NCBI GenBank assembly: GCA_001724265.1
Contig: MEDY01000320.1
Location: forward strand, 1 to 64,000
From: Rhizaria sp. SCN 62-66
Taxonomy: Eukaryota
DNA length: 64,000 bases
Direction of reading: 5' to 3'
This document shows, in pieces, positions 55,846-64,000 of this stretch (its first letter is position 1; each line of letters begins with the position of its first letter). The notes under the pieces were generated by a model. The model had not been told where the DNA came from. It did not search any database and saw only the letters and a list, made by a program, of their open reading frames with translations. The position numbers were made by a program, and so were the translations under genes.

Positions 55846-58800
55846 TTACGGTTGCATTGAGCGCCGCTGCTGCGGGCACACGTACTCGGCGAGAGATCCC
55901 ACCAGCACGGCGGGCTCCGCTCCGGGCCAGAAACTCAGCGGCTGCCCGGGCGCCGGCGCGCGCCACCACCCATGGTTGCGGTCAAGCCTGCCGTCGCGGC
56001 CGTCATCGGCGTCGGCGTCGTCGCAGTCAATGTCGCTGTCGCCGTCGATGGCAGCGCCCCACAGCGCGGCCAGGCCGGTGTTGGACGCGCTCGGCGCACC
56101 GGTCCGCGGGGTGCTCTCGGCCGCGAGACACGCGACCGCGGCGCCCAAGCCCCGGACGCCCGCATCCACGGCCACGTCTACCGCGCTTGCATCTGCCCCA
56201 GCGGCATCTGCCCCAGCGGCATCTGCCTCAACGGCGGCTGCCCCAGCGGCGGCGTCGGCGGCGGCGGCACAATCGCGGTGAGGCACCGGCATTGCATCAC
56301 TCGGCGGTCCTGAGCGCACGAGATCAAGCGCGGGTTTGTAGATGGGCGCGACTTCGAGACCAAGCAGCGGGGCCGCATCGGCGGGCTGGCAAGCGTTCTT
56401 CCGCAGCAGCTGGGTCAACGCGCGCGCGCTCGACGCCGCTGCGGTGACAGTGGACGGGCGCGCCGTGAGCAGGAGCAGCACACGCCACGACGACGCGGGC
56501 GCACCGGCGGCCTTGGACTGCAGCGCCAGCAGCCGCGCGGCGAGGCGCAGCAGCAGCACGGGCGGCAGCGCGCGCCACGCGTCGCAGTGTCGGTCGTGCG
56601 GGACCGTCGACTGCTCGTCTGCGTCGACTGCAGCGGGGGGCGCGGCGCGGCGGAGGAAAAGCCGGTTTGCGGCCGCGGTCTCGAGCAGGAACAGAGAGCG
56701 CAGCAGACGCTTATCGGAACTGTTCATCGGAACCTTATCAGACTCGGATGCGACAAGCGCGTTCGCAAGCGGGTCGGCCTCGACGGGCGCGCCAGCAGCG
56801 ACGAGCGCAGAGAGCGTGTGCGCGACACCGGCGGCGCTGCTTGCCGCGGGGGGCGGGAGCGCAGCTTCGTTGACAGCAATCTCTTGCTCGGGATCGGGCA
56901 TAGACTCGAACTTAAGCGCAGCGGGGGGCTTGGCGGGCTCGGTCTGCGCAGCCTGGGGCTCATAAGCGGCAACTATACTGGAGCTCGGCGTGGGCACGCC
57001 CTCCACTGTGGGTGTCTCGGCGACAAACACAGTCAGGGGAGCCACGCCCTCCCTTGCATCGCACTCAGCTGCCTCAGCGGTCTCAGCGGCCTTGGAGGCT
57101 TGGGAGACGCCCACTTCCGGAAGAGCGGCCTTGACGTCTCCGTTAACGCCTTCCTGTAGGTCTGCGCTATGATCGCCGTGGGCACGATAAACAGAGCCTT
57201 CTTGCGGCTCAGCATCGTGATCGTTCTTATCCTTAGCAGCCGAAATAGTGCCCTCTTTCGAAGGCGAACCCTCTTGCGGCCGAGAAGGATCAGCAGTCAA
57301 AGGGCCTAAGTCCTTGCCTTCGAAGGGTTCAGCAACGAGACCAGCCTTCTTGCCTGAGTACGTGCCTTCGAGGGGCTCAGGAGCAAGGCCAGCCTTCGCA
57401 GCGACTTCAGCGGCCTCAGCGGCTTCAGCGGCTTCAGCGGCCTCAGCGGCTTCGGCGGCCTCAGCGGCTTCAGCGGCCTCAGCGGCTTCGGCGGCTTCGA
57501 AGGCGCTAACGCCTTCCTGTGCGTCGATGGTATGATCACCGTGGGCAGAATTGCCCTCAAGAGGCTTCTCCGGAGCAGGATCGCCGTGAGCAACCGAGAC
57601 AGTGCCCTCTAACGGCTCAGCAGCAATGTGATCGAACTGCGCACGGGCTTGTTGCCCGCTTGACGCATCGACGACCGATGCGCCGCAAGAGGATGAGGAA
57701 GAGGATGAGAAGGTCTCGGACACCGAGGGCATGCCTTCCTGTGTAACAGCGGCGATCATCTTCTCCGCAGTCGCAGCAAGTGCTTTCCCCTCACCGTCAG
57801 CTTTACCTTCAGTGACAGCCTGACCTTCAGTGACGGCCTGGCCTTCATCGGCAGCCTTGCCTTGAGTGACGGGCCCATTGGACGTCGCGGCGTCGGCGCC
57901 AGCGGTGGCGGCGGCGTCGGCGTCAGAGCCCGCGTCAGCGGCCTCACGAGCTGGGGCGGCCGCAGGCGTGTCGCCCGAGTGCACACGCTCGCATTCGCGC
58001 TCGCACTCGCGGTCTGCGGGCACAGTCGCGGGCGGCAACGGCGAGAGGCCCGTGCTGGTGGCGGCCGACACGGCGCGCGACGTCCCCAGCGGCGCCGGCT
58101 GCAGCGCTGCGGGCGCGTCGGGCAGCGGCGAGAGCTGGTCCGGGCTCGTGCCACTGCTGCTGCTGGCGCCGCTGCCGTCGCCGCCGTTTGTAATCGCGGG
58201 GAGGACCTCTACGGGGGCGGGGCGCGGCGGCAAGGACGAGGATGCGGACGCGTCAGCAGCGGCGGAGGGAGAGGTGGAAGGAACGCCCGCCCGCAGCCGC
58301 GGCTGCGGCTGGCTGCCGGTGGCAGCAAGCTGCACGGCGGCGTTCTTCGCTTCGAGAGCACCGTCGGCAGCAGCAGATGCAGCACCAACAGCGACGGCGG
58401 CGGTCGCGACGGCGGTCGCGGTGTTCAAGGCGGGCGCGTCGCTGCTGTCAGACGCAGAGAGGTTGAGGCTCATGCGCGTATCGCTGTCGCTGCCGTTCAA
58501 GCTGCTGCGGCGGTGCTCCGAAGAGCTGTGTCCCAGATCAGGCGCCGTGACGCCAGCGACGGCGTCGGCGTCGTCATCGGCGCTGGTGCGGGGGCCGGTG
58601 ACCGCGGGCGCGGCGGCGGCCATGGGCTGCTCTGAGGGGGGCGTGGTGGAGCGCGAGTTGAGGGCCTGCGCCAGCGCCAGCGGCGGCGGCAGCGACGGCG
58701 GCAGCGGCAGCGGCGGCGGCGAGGACGACATGGCCGGCGCCAACGACAGCATCTGCTGATGTTGCTGTCGTAACTGTTGCTGTTGTTGTTGTTGTTGCTG

Positions 58801-61800
58801 CTGTTGCTGGAGGAGCAGCTGCTGCTGCTGCTGTGGCAGCACCGGGTGCGGCGGCGACGAGCCCTCTGCCGCGGCGGCCGCGGCGGCCAGCGGAGGCGCC
58901 GGCGTGCGGCGCGCCGACCCCGGCACCGCTGCCGTCACGGCCGGCGTCGACCAGGCACTTGCACCGCCCGGGTTGACGTTCACGCCAGCGTCGAGCATGT
59001 TGTCGTACTCGCGGCACGTCGTTGAGAGCTTTTGACCCGCGCGCGCGATGGCGCGTTCGGCGAGCGCGGCGAGCCAGCTGCCAGGGTCGTCTTGCGTCAT
59101 CGCGAGGACCGCCGCCTTGTAGTCATCGTCGTCATCGTCCTCGTCATCGTCGTCGTCGTCGTCGCTGACGTCGTCGCTGGCGTCGTCGGCCCCGCTGTCG
59201 GTCTCGCCCGCGCCAGGCCCGTGCGCCGCCGCGGCCGTGGCGGCGACGAGCGCGGCCGCAATCGCCGCGGGCTCGGCCGTGGGCGGGCAGCCGCGGGGCG
59301 GCGCCGCCGAAAGCCGCGGGCGCGGGTAGTCCGGGTGCAGCACGCGGCCCAGCTCGGGGTTCCACTCCACCATGGGCACCAGCGGGAGTGGCGCGCGGAG
59401 GGCCACGCAGGACAGCGAGAGCGTGCCCGCGGCGCCCATGTGCACGGGCGGCAGCGCCGCGGCGCGCGCCTGGCCCGTGCGCAGCGCGGCGAGCAGCGGG
59501 CCCGCCAGCGGCGTGTGCGCGTGCACGTGCAGCGTGAGCGCGAATGGGGACACCACGTCACGGCACAGGCGCACGCCATCGGCACGGGCGCGCACAAGCG
59601 CGTACACGGGCGACTGCCGCAACTGCACGTGCAGCGCGCGGACGAAAACGGCCATCGCCTTGGCGGCCGCGGGGGACGTCTCGGACAGGTCGAGCGGCGC
59701 GGCGGCGGCGGCAGAGGCCGCGGCGGAGGCCGAGACCAGCGCGGCGTCTATCGGCGCGAGTTGGGCCAGCGCCGCGGTGGGCGCCGCGAAGGGCGAGACG
59801 CTGGCGTCGTCCACGGCGGCGCTTGCGGCCGCGGCGGGGACGGAGCCCGCGGCGACGGCGGCAAAGCGGCCCGCCCCGCGCGGCGTCGCCATCTGCAGCC
59901 TTCCCGCGCCCGCCGCCGCGAGGGCCGCCGCAGAGGGGTCAGTTTGCAGCAGCGCGGTGGGGGGCTGCGGCGTGGGAGGCGTAAACCGCCGGTCCGCCGG
60001 AGACTGCAGCGGCGGCGACTGCAGCGGCTGCAGCGGCGCCAGCGCGGGCGACGGCGGTGCTGTACCGTGACCGTGACCGTGAGGGTGCGCGTGCGCGACC
60101 GTAGTGACCGTGCGCACGAGGTCGACATCATGCTCCAGCGACAGCGTCCACCGCTCCACAGGCACAGTCACGTAGTACGATGGATGCGCCCACGGCAAGT
60201 CGCACACATACGCCTCCTCGGCCACGCCGGCCGCGGCGGTCGCCGCCGACAGCGCCGTCGCAGCGGACTGCGCGGCCGCAGCAGCGGTGGTGGCAGCGGC
60301 GGCCAGCGCGGCGTCTCCGGGCGCGTTGGCAGCTGCCGCGGCGGCGGCCTGCGCGGCGGCGTTGGCGGCGGCGGCGGCCTCGAATGCCAACGCGCGCCGC
60401 GCGGCCGCGCCGAGCGCGTTCGCGGCGCGCGCGAGGTCCTGCACGTGGCGATTCATGCTGTGCACGGAGCGCATGATGTGCAGCGTGATCGTGATGTCGA
60501 CGCTCCACTGCGCGCGCGCGGGCACGAGCGCGGAGGCCGACGCCACGGCCAGCCCAGCGGCCGCGGCGGCGCTGCCGCCGCTATTATTGCCGCCCCCGCT
60601 GCTGCCCGCGCCGGCGCCTGCGCTGCTGTGCGCGTCGCCAGCGGCCAGCAGGGGAAGCGGCTCTGCGCCCGAGCCCGCGGCGGCGGCAGCGACGGTGCTG
60701 GCGATCGCGGCGCCCGCGGCGGCGTTGGCGACGGCCGTGGCGGCCGTGCGGAGCCAGGGTACGTTAGGCAGCACGAAGTCGAACCCGCGCGACGTGGGGA
60801 CGCGGCGCGTGGAGAGCTCGGCGTACCGGTCGCGCAGGTTGTGAAAGCTCGGGTGCGGCGCCGCGAACGCGGACGGGTCCGCCGGCGAGGGCCACAGAGC
60901 GGCGCTGCTCGGCGCGGCGCTCGCGGTCGCGCGCGCGCCGCCGCCGCCGCTGCCGCCGCTGGCTGTCGAGACCGAGAGCGCAAGCGCCGCCGAAGACCCA
61001 GCGGGGACGGTTGCGCGGTGCGGCAGCGACGCCGGCAGCGTGTTACTGCTGAGTCCCACGGTCACCCCGCCCACGGTCGCGGTGGCGGCGCCGTTGGACG
61101 GGGACGGGGTGGGCGGGGCCGCGGCGAAGGAGCTGGCGAGCGAGTGCTGCAGCGACGACGCCTGCGCGGGGGACACCCTAAACCGCGGCGGAGGGCCCGT
61201 CTGGCCGTGGAACGCGGGGCCATGGCGCGGGGAGACGGGGTCGAACAGACGCGCGTGGGCAAGCATCATCGCTACCTTGACCATGGCGGTCGCGGCCAGA
61301 TCGGAAACAAGCGGCCGCCGCTCAGGATGGCGCAGTGTGGCCACCACGGCGGCCGTCGCGGGCGCGGGCGCGGGCGCGGGCGCGGGTGCGGACGCGGGCG
61401 CAAGGGCAAAGGCTGAGGGCGCGTAACCGGGACCGGCACCGACGCTCTGGGGGAACCCATGCGTTCCGTGCGTGCCGTGAGTACCGTGGGTAGGCGTGGG
61501 CGCCGCGGGCGACGGCGACACAGGCGGCAGAAGCCCCGCCGCGGCGGGCGACAACATCGCAAGCAGCCGTGGCGAGCCCGCGGCGCCCGCGGCGGCGCCA
61601 GTGAGTCCGAGGCTGCTTACGCCAGGACCGCTGACGGCGCCGCTGAGGCCGGTAGTCGGCAGCGGCGGCGTGGGGGAGTACGGCTGCTGTGTGCAGCCCC
61701 CCTGAGGCTGAGGCTGAGTCGGGGGCTGAGACGAATGAGACTGCGACTGCTGGGCGAAGACGATGCTCCCGCGTGTCATCTGGTGGTGAAACGGAGAGCT

Positions 61801-63999
61801 GGTCTGAGCGTGAGAAGGGGAGCGGCTCAGCAGCGACACACCGTAGCCCGCCCCCTGCTGCTGTTGTTGTTGCTGCTGTTGCGGCGGCGGCTGCTGCTGC
61901 TGCTGCTGCTGATGCTGTTGAAACTGCGGTTGTAGCAAGGACGGCCGCCGCTGGGCCTGCATCGGAATTGGAACTGATGAGGCGTCAGCGCGCCGAGGCT
62001 GCGGCGGCAGCTGCTGCTGTGCCTGAGTATACTGCTGCTGCTGCTGCAGTTGCATCTGGTTCTGATACTGCTGTTGCTGCTGCTGTAGAGGATCACCCGA
62101 CATCTGCATCTGCTGTTGTTGTTGCTGTTGTTGCTGCTGTTGCGGGTCAAGCGCAAGCGTGTCCGCGCCCGTCATCAGCGGCGGCGCCGCCACGGGCTTG
62201 GCGGGCGCGAAGTCGGGCGTCTGCGCCACGAACCGGCTGAAAACAGGCTGTGCACGCTTCAACGCGGGCCCCGCACCGGGAATGGCGGCGCCGGACTGCT
62301 GACCGCCGACGCCCCCGCCGTGTGTGGGCGTGTAGGGCTGCGGCGGCAGCTGCTGCTGCATTGCCCGCTGCTGTTGTTGCTGTTGTTGTTGTTGTGGATT
62401 GGGGTGGCCGTAGCTGTGTGCATGGAGAGGGCCTGTGGGCAGCGGCGGCGTGCCCGCAAACATGCCCTGCTGCTGGTAATACTGTTGTTGCTGCTGTTGC
62501 TGCTGTTGTTGTTGGAGCGGCGCTGGAGAAGGCGCCCGTGTCCCAGCCGGCGAGTACACGCTTCCAGCAACCAGCACCATGCCCTGAGGTCCGCCGAAGC
62601 TGCTGCTGCCGCCAGAGGGAGTACTCCAGTGCTGCTGCATGCCCTGGCCCTGGCTGAAACCATGACCTAAGCCTTGATTGGCGTTGGGAGTGGGCGGGAA
62701 GCCTGTGCCCGCGCCGTTGCTGTTGCCGTGGGCGGGCGACTGCGCCGCAAAGGCCCCCGCCACAGACGCGGAGCCTGCTGAATGCGCACCCGTGGAGGAC
62801 GGCGCGCCCGCGGCGTTGGCCCCAGAGGGCGGCAGCGGCGACTGTGAGTGCACGAGGGAAAGCACCGGCGCGGGCGGCAGCGCGTGGCCACCGCGCACTG
62901 ACTGCTGCGGCTGCTGCTGTTGCTGCTGTTGTTGTTGTTGGGGGAGGAAGTGGGATGAGTCGCCCCCGGGGCTCTGGTTCAGGCCCTGGTTCGGACCTTG
63001 CTGTTGTTGCTGTTGCTGTTGCTGCTGGTTTTGCTGCTGCAGCTGTGCATGGAGCCCCGACGGCGCGCCGGATGGGCGCGGGTACTGCTGCTGCGGCAAA
63101 AACTGCTGCTGTTGCGGCTGAGGGAATTGTTGTTGATGCACGTGACGCTGCTGCTGCTGCTGCTGTTGCTGTGGCAGCCCAGAGTGCGCGTGTGCGAGCG
63201 AGCCCGTGAGCGAAGAGGGCCCCGACGGCATCAACGGCGGCGTCCGACCTTGGCCCTGGCCCTGGCCCTGGCCCTGGCCCTGGGGCTGTAGCGGCTGCGG
63301 CTGGTGCATCGGCGGGTGCTGGTGTTGATACTGCGGCTGCTGCTGTTGGGGACGCTGCTGCTGCTGCATTTGCTGCTGTTGCTGCTGGAGCAGCAGCTGT
63401 TGCTGCTGGTACGACCCGGGCCCCATCGGCCGCGGCGAAGACGCCGGCTGCGGCTGCAGCTGTACCTGCCCTTGGATCTGCATCTGCTGTTGTTGTTGTT
63501 GCTGTGCTTGCTGCTGCGGTGAGTATTGCTGCTGAGACTGGAACTGTGAAGCCAGGTTCGGAGACGAGCCAATGCGCGTCATCCCACCTTGCTGCTGCTG
63601 AATCTGCTGCTGTTGTTGCTGTTGTTGCATGTGCATCATAGCACTGGCGCGCGCGGCATCGACGCTGAACACCGGCGCCCCAGCCCCAGCCCCAGCCCCA
63701 GCCCCTACCCCAACCCCAGCGCCAGCGCCAGATCCAGCGCCAGCGCCAGCGCCAGAGCTAGGGCCAGTTGTTGCGCTCGAGCCGGTGGTTACGCCGGGGC
63801 CGCCTCCTACTGAGGGGGGCAGACCGCCCGCGGGCCGCACTGCGACGCCGCTGAACTGCTGCGTCAACGCGCCGGGCTGGAGAGCAGTGCTTAACTGATG
63901 CAGCGCGCTCGGCGGCTGCGAGCCGAGGCTGGAGCCCTGGGGACGCAGCGGCGGCGACGCACCTTGCTGCTGCTGTTGTTGTTGCTGTTGTTGTTGTTG
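55846..63999 (-). CDS. 5'-truncated ATG13-like HORMA-domain protein with very long polyGln/Ala regions
   Basis: The frame is open to the window end. HORMA-like blocks in the expected order: AMVKVAMMLAHARL, FDFVLP, VDITITL, VPVERWTLSL, AKAMAVFVRALHVQLRQSPVYALVR, GTLSLSCVALR. Ends in TAA. Confidence 0.55.
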   Translation of the reverse strand, partial: QQQQQQQQQQQQGASPPLRPQGSSLGSQPPSALHQLSTALQPGALTQQFSGVAVRPAGGLPPSVGGGPGVTTGSSATTGPSSGAGAGAGSGAGAGVGVGAGAGAGAGAPVFSVDAARASAMMHMQQQQQQQQIQQQQGGMTRIGSSPNLASQFQSQQQYSPQQQAQQQQQQQMQIQGQVQLQPQPASSPRPMGPGSYQQQQLLLQQQQQQMQQQQRPQQQQPQYQHQHPPMHQPQPLQPQGQGQGQGQGQGRTPPLMPSGPSSLTGSLAHAHSGLPQQQQQQQQRHVHQQQFPQPQQQQFLPQQQYPRPSGAPSGLHAQLQQQNQQQQQQQQQQGPNQGLNQSPGGDSSHFLPQQQQQQQQQQPQQSVRGGHALPPAPVLSLVHSQSPLPPSGANAAGAPSSTGAHSAGSASVAGAFAAQSPAHGNSNGAGTGFPPTPNANQGLGHGFSQGQGMQQHWSTPSGGSSSFGGPQGMVLVAGSVYSPAGTRAPSPAPLQQQQQQQQQQQYYQQQGMFAGTPPLPTGPLHAHSYGHPNPQQQQQQQQQRAMQQQLPPQPYTPTHGGGVGGQQSGAAIPGAGPALKRAQPVFSRFVAQTPDFAPAKPVAAPPLMTGADTLALDPQQQQQQQQQQQMQMSGDPLQQQQQQYQNQMQLQQQQQYTQAQQQLPPQPRRADASSVPIPMQAQRRPSLLQPQFQQHQQQQQQQPPPQQQQQQQQQGAGYGVSLLSRSPSHAQTSSPFHHQMTRGSIVFAQQSQSHSSQPPTQPQPQGGCTQQPYSPTPPLPTTGLSGAVSGPGVSSLGLTGAAAGAAGSPRLLAMLSPAAAGLLPPVSPSPAAPTPTHGTHGTHGTHGFPQSVGAGPGYAPSAFALAPASAPAPAPAPAPATAAVVATLRHPERRPLVSDLAATAMVKVAMMLAHARLFDPVSPRHGPAFHGQTGPPPRFRVSPAQASSLQHSLASSFAAAPPTPSPSNGAATATVGGVTVGLSSNTLPASLPHRATVPAGSSAALALSVSTASGGSGGGGARATASAAPSSAALWPSPADPSAFAAPHPSFHNLRDRYAELSTRRVPTSRGFDFVLPNVPWLRTAATAVANAAAGAAIASTVAAAAAGSGAEPLPLLAAGDAHSSAGAGAGSSGGGNNSGGSAAAAAGLAVASASALVPARAQWSVDITITLHIMRSVHSMNRHVQDLARAANALGAAARRALAFEAAAAANAAAQAAAAAAANAPGDAALAAAATTAAAAAQSAATALSAATAAAGVAEEAYVCDLPWAHPSYYVTVPVERWTLSLEHDVDLVRTVTTVAHAHPHGHGHGTAPPSPALAPLQPLQSPPLQSPADRRFTPPTPQPPTALLQTDPSAAALAAAGAGRLQMATPRGAGRFAAVAAGSVPAAAASAAVDDASVSPFAAPTAALAQLAPIDAALVSASAAASAAAAAPLDLSETSPAAAKAMAVFVRALHVQLRQSPVYALVRARADGVRLCRDVVSPFALTLHVHAHTPLAGPLLAALRTGQARAAALPPVHMGAAGTLSLSCVALRAPLPLVPMVEWNPELGRVLHPDYPRPRLSAAPPRGCPPTAEPAAIAAALVAATAAAAHGPGAGETDSGADDASDDVSDDDDDDDEDDDDDDYKAAVLAMTQDDPGSWLAALAERAIARAGQKLSTTCREYDNMLDAGVNVNPGGASAWSTPAVTAAVPGSARRTPAPPLAAAAAAAEGSSPPHPVLPQQQQQLLLQQQQQQQQQQQQLRQQHQQMLSLAPAMSSSPPPLPLPPSLPPPLALAQALNSRSTTPPSEQPMAAAAPAVTGPRTSADDDADAVAGVTAPDLGHSSSEHRRSSLNGSDSDTRMSLNLSASDSSDAPALNTATAVATAAVAVGAASAAADGALEAKNAAVQLAATGSQPQPRLRAGVPSTSPSAAADASASSSLPPRPAPVEVLPAITNGGDGSGASSSSGTSPDQLSPLPDAPAALQPAPLGTSRAVSAATSTGLSPLPPATVPADRECERECERVHSGDTPAAAPAREAADAGSDADAAATAGADAATSNGPVTQGKAADEGQAVTEGQAVTEGKADGEGKALAATAEKMIAAVTQEGMPSVSETFSSSSSSSCGASVVDASSGQQARAQFDHIAAEPLEGTVSVAHGDPAPEKPLEGNSAHGDHTIDAQEGVSAFEAAEAAEAAEAAEAAEAAEAAEAAEAAEAAEVAAKAGLAPEPLEGTYSGKKAGLVAEPFEGKDLGPLTADPSRPQEGSPSKEGTISAAKDKNDHDAEPQEGSVYRAHGDHSADLQEGVNGDVKAALPEVGVSQASKAAETAEAAECDAREGVAPLTVFVAETPTVEGVPTPSSSIVAAYEPQAAQTEPAKPPAALKFESMPDPEQEIAVNEAALPPPAASSAAGVAHTLSALVAAGAPVEADPLANALVASESDKVPMNSSDKRLLRSLFLLETAAANRLFLRRAAPPAAVDADEQSTVPHDRHCDAWRALPPVLLLRLAARLLALQSKAAGAPASSWRVLLLLTARPSTVTAAASSARALTQLLRKNACQPADAAPLLGLEVAPIYKPALDLVRSGPPSDAMPVPHRDCAAAADAAAGAAAVEADAAGADAAGADASAVDVAVDAGVRGLGAAVACLAAESTPRTGAPSASNTGLAALWGAAIDGDSDIDCDDADADDGRDGRLDRNHGWWRAPAPGQPLSFWPGAEPAVLVGSLAEYVCPQQRRSMQP
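57406..57495 (-). repeat. 10 x 9-bp tandem repeat encoding (Ala-Ala-Glu)10
   Basis: Units YTCRGCGGC on the + strand, counted directly. Confidence 0.95.
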
Positions 64000-64000
64000 T

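Overview
GC-rich, gene-dense eukaryotic (protist-like) nuclear DNA with 14 protein-coding genes, two of them cut by the window edges. Short AT-rich spacers separate the genes, and I could model five GT-AG introns. Recognisable products are a PhyH-type 2OG-Fe(II) dioxygenase, a heterotrimeric G-alpha subunit, a head-to-head pair of DD3-3-like proteins, a triple-PH/auxilin-type J protein, a glutaredoxin-like protein, VPS72/YL1, a giant RI-type LRR protein, NADH-cytochrome b5 reductase, and Ima1/TMEM201-, RIX1/PELP1- and ATG13-like proteins. The main finding is evidence for a variant nuclear genetic code. Six in-frame TAG codons interrupt three otherwise intact genes, one of them inside a conserved DD3-3 region. 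No internal TAA or TGA was seen, 13 of 14 genes end in TAA or TGA, and the one apparent TAG end is followed by TAA two codons later. UAG is therefore probably a sense codon, most plausibly Gln, while UAA and UGA remain stops. Under this code five ORFs of the supplied track merge into one intronless 5401-aa gene. The VPS72 intron also contains a candidate structured ncRNA resembling an H/ACA snoRNA. All family assignments come from recognising motifs by eye; no database search was run.
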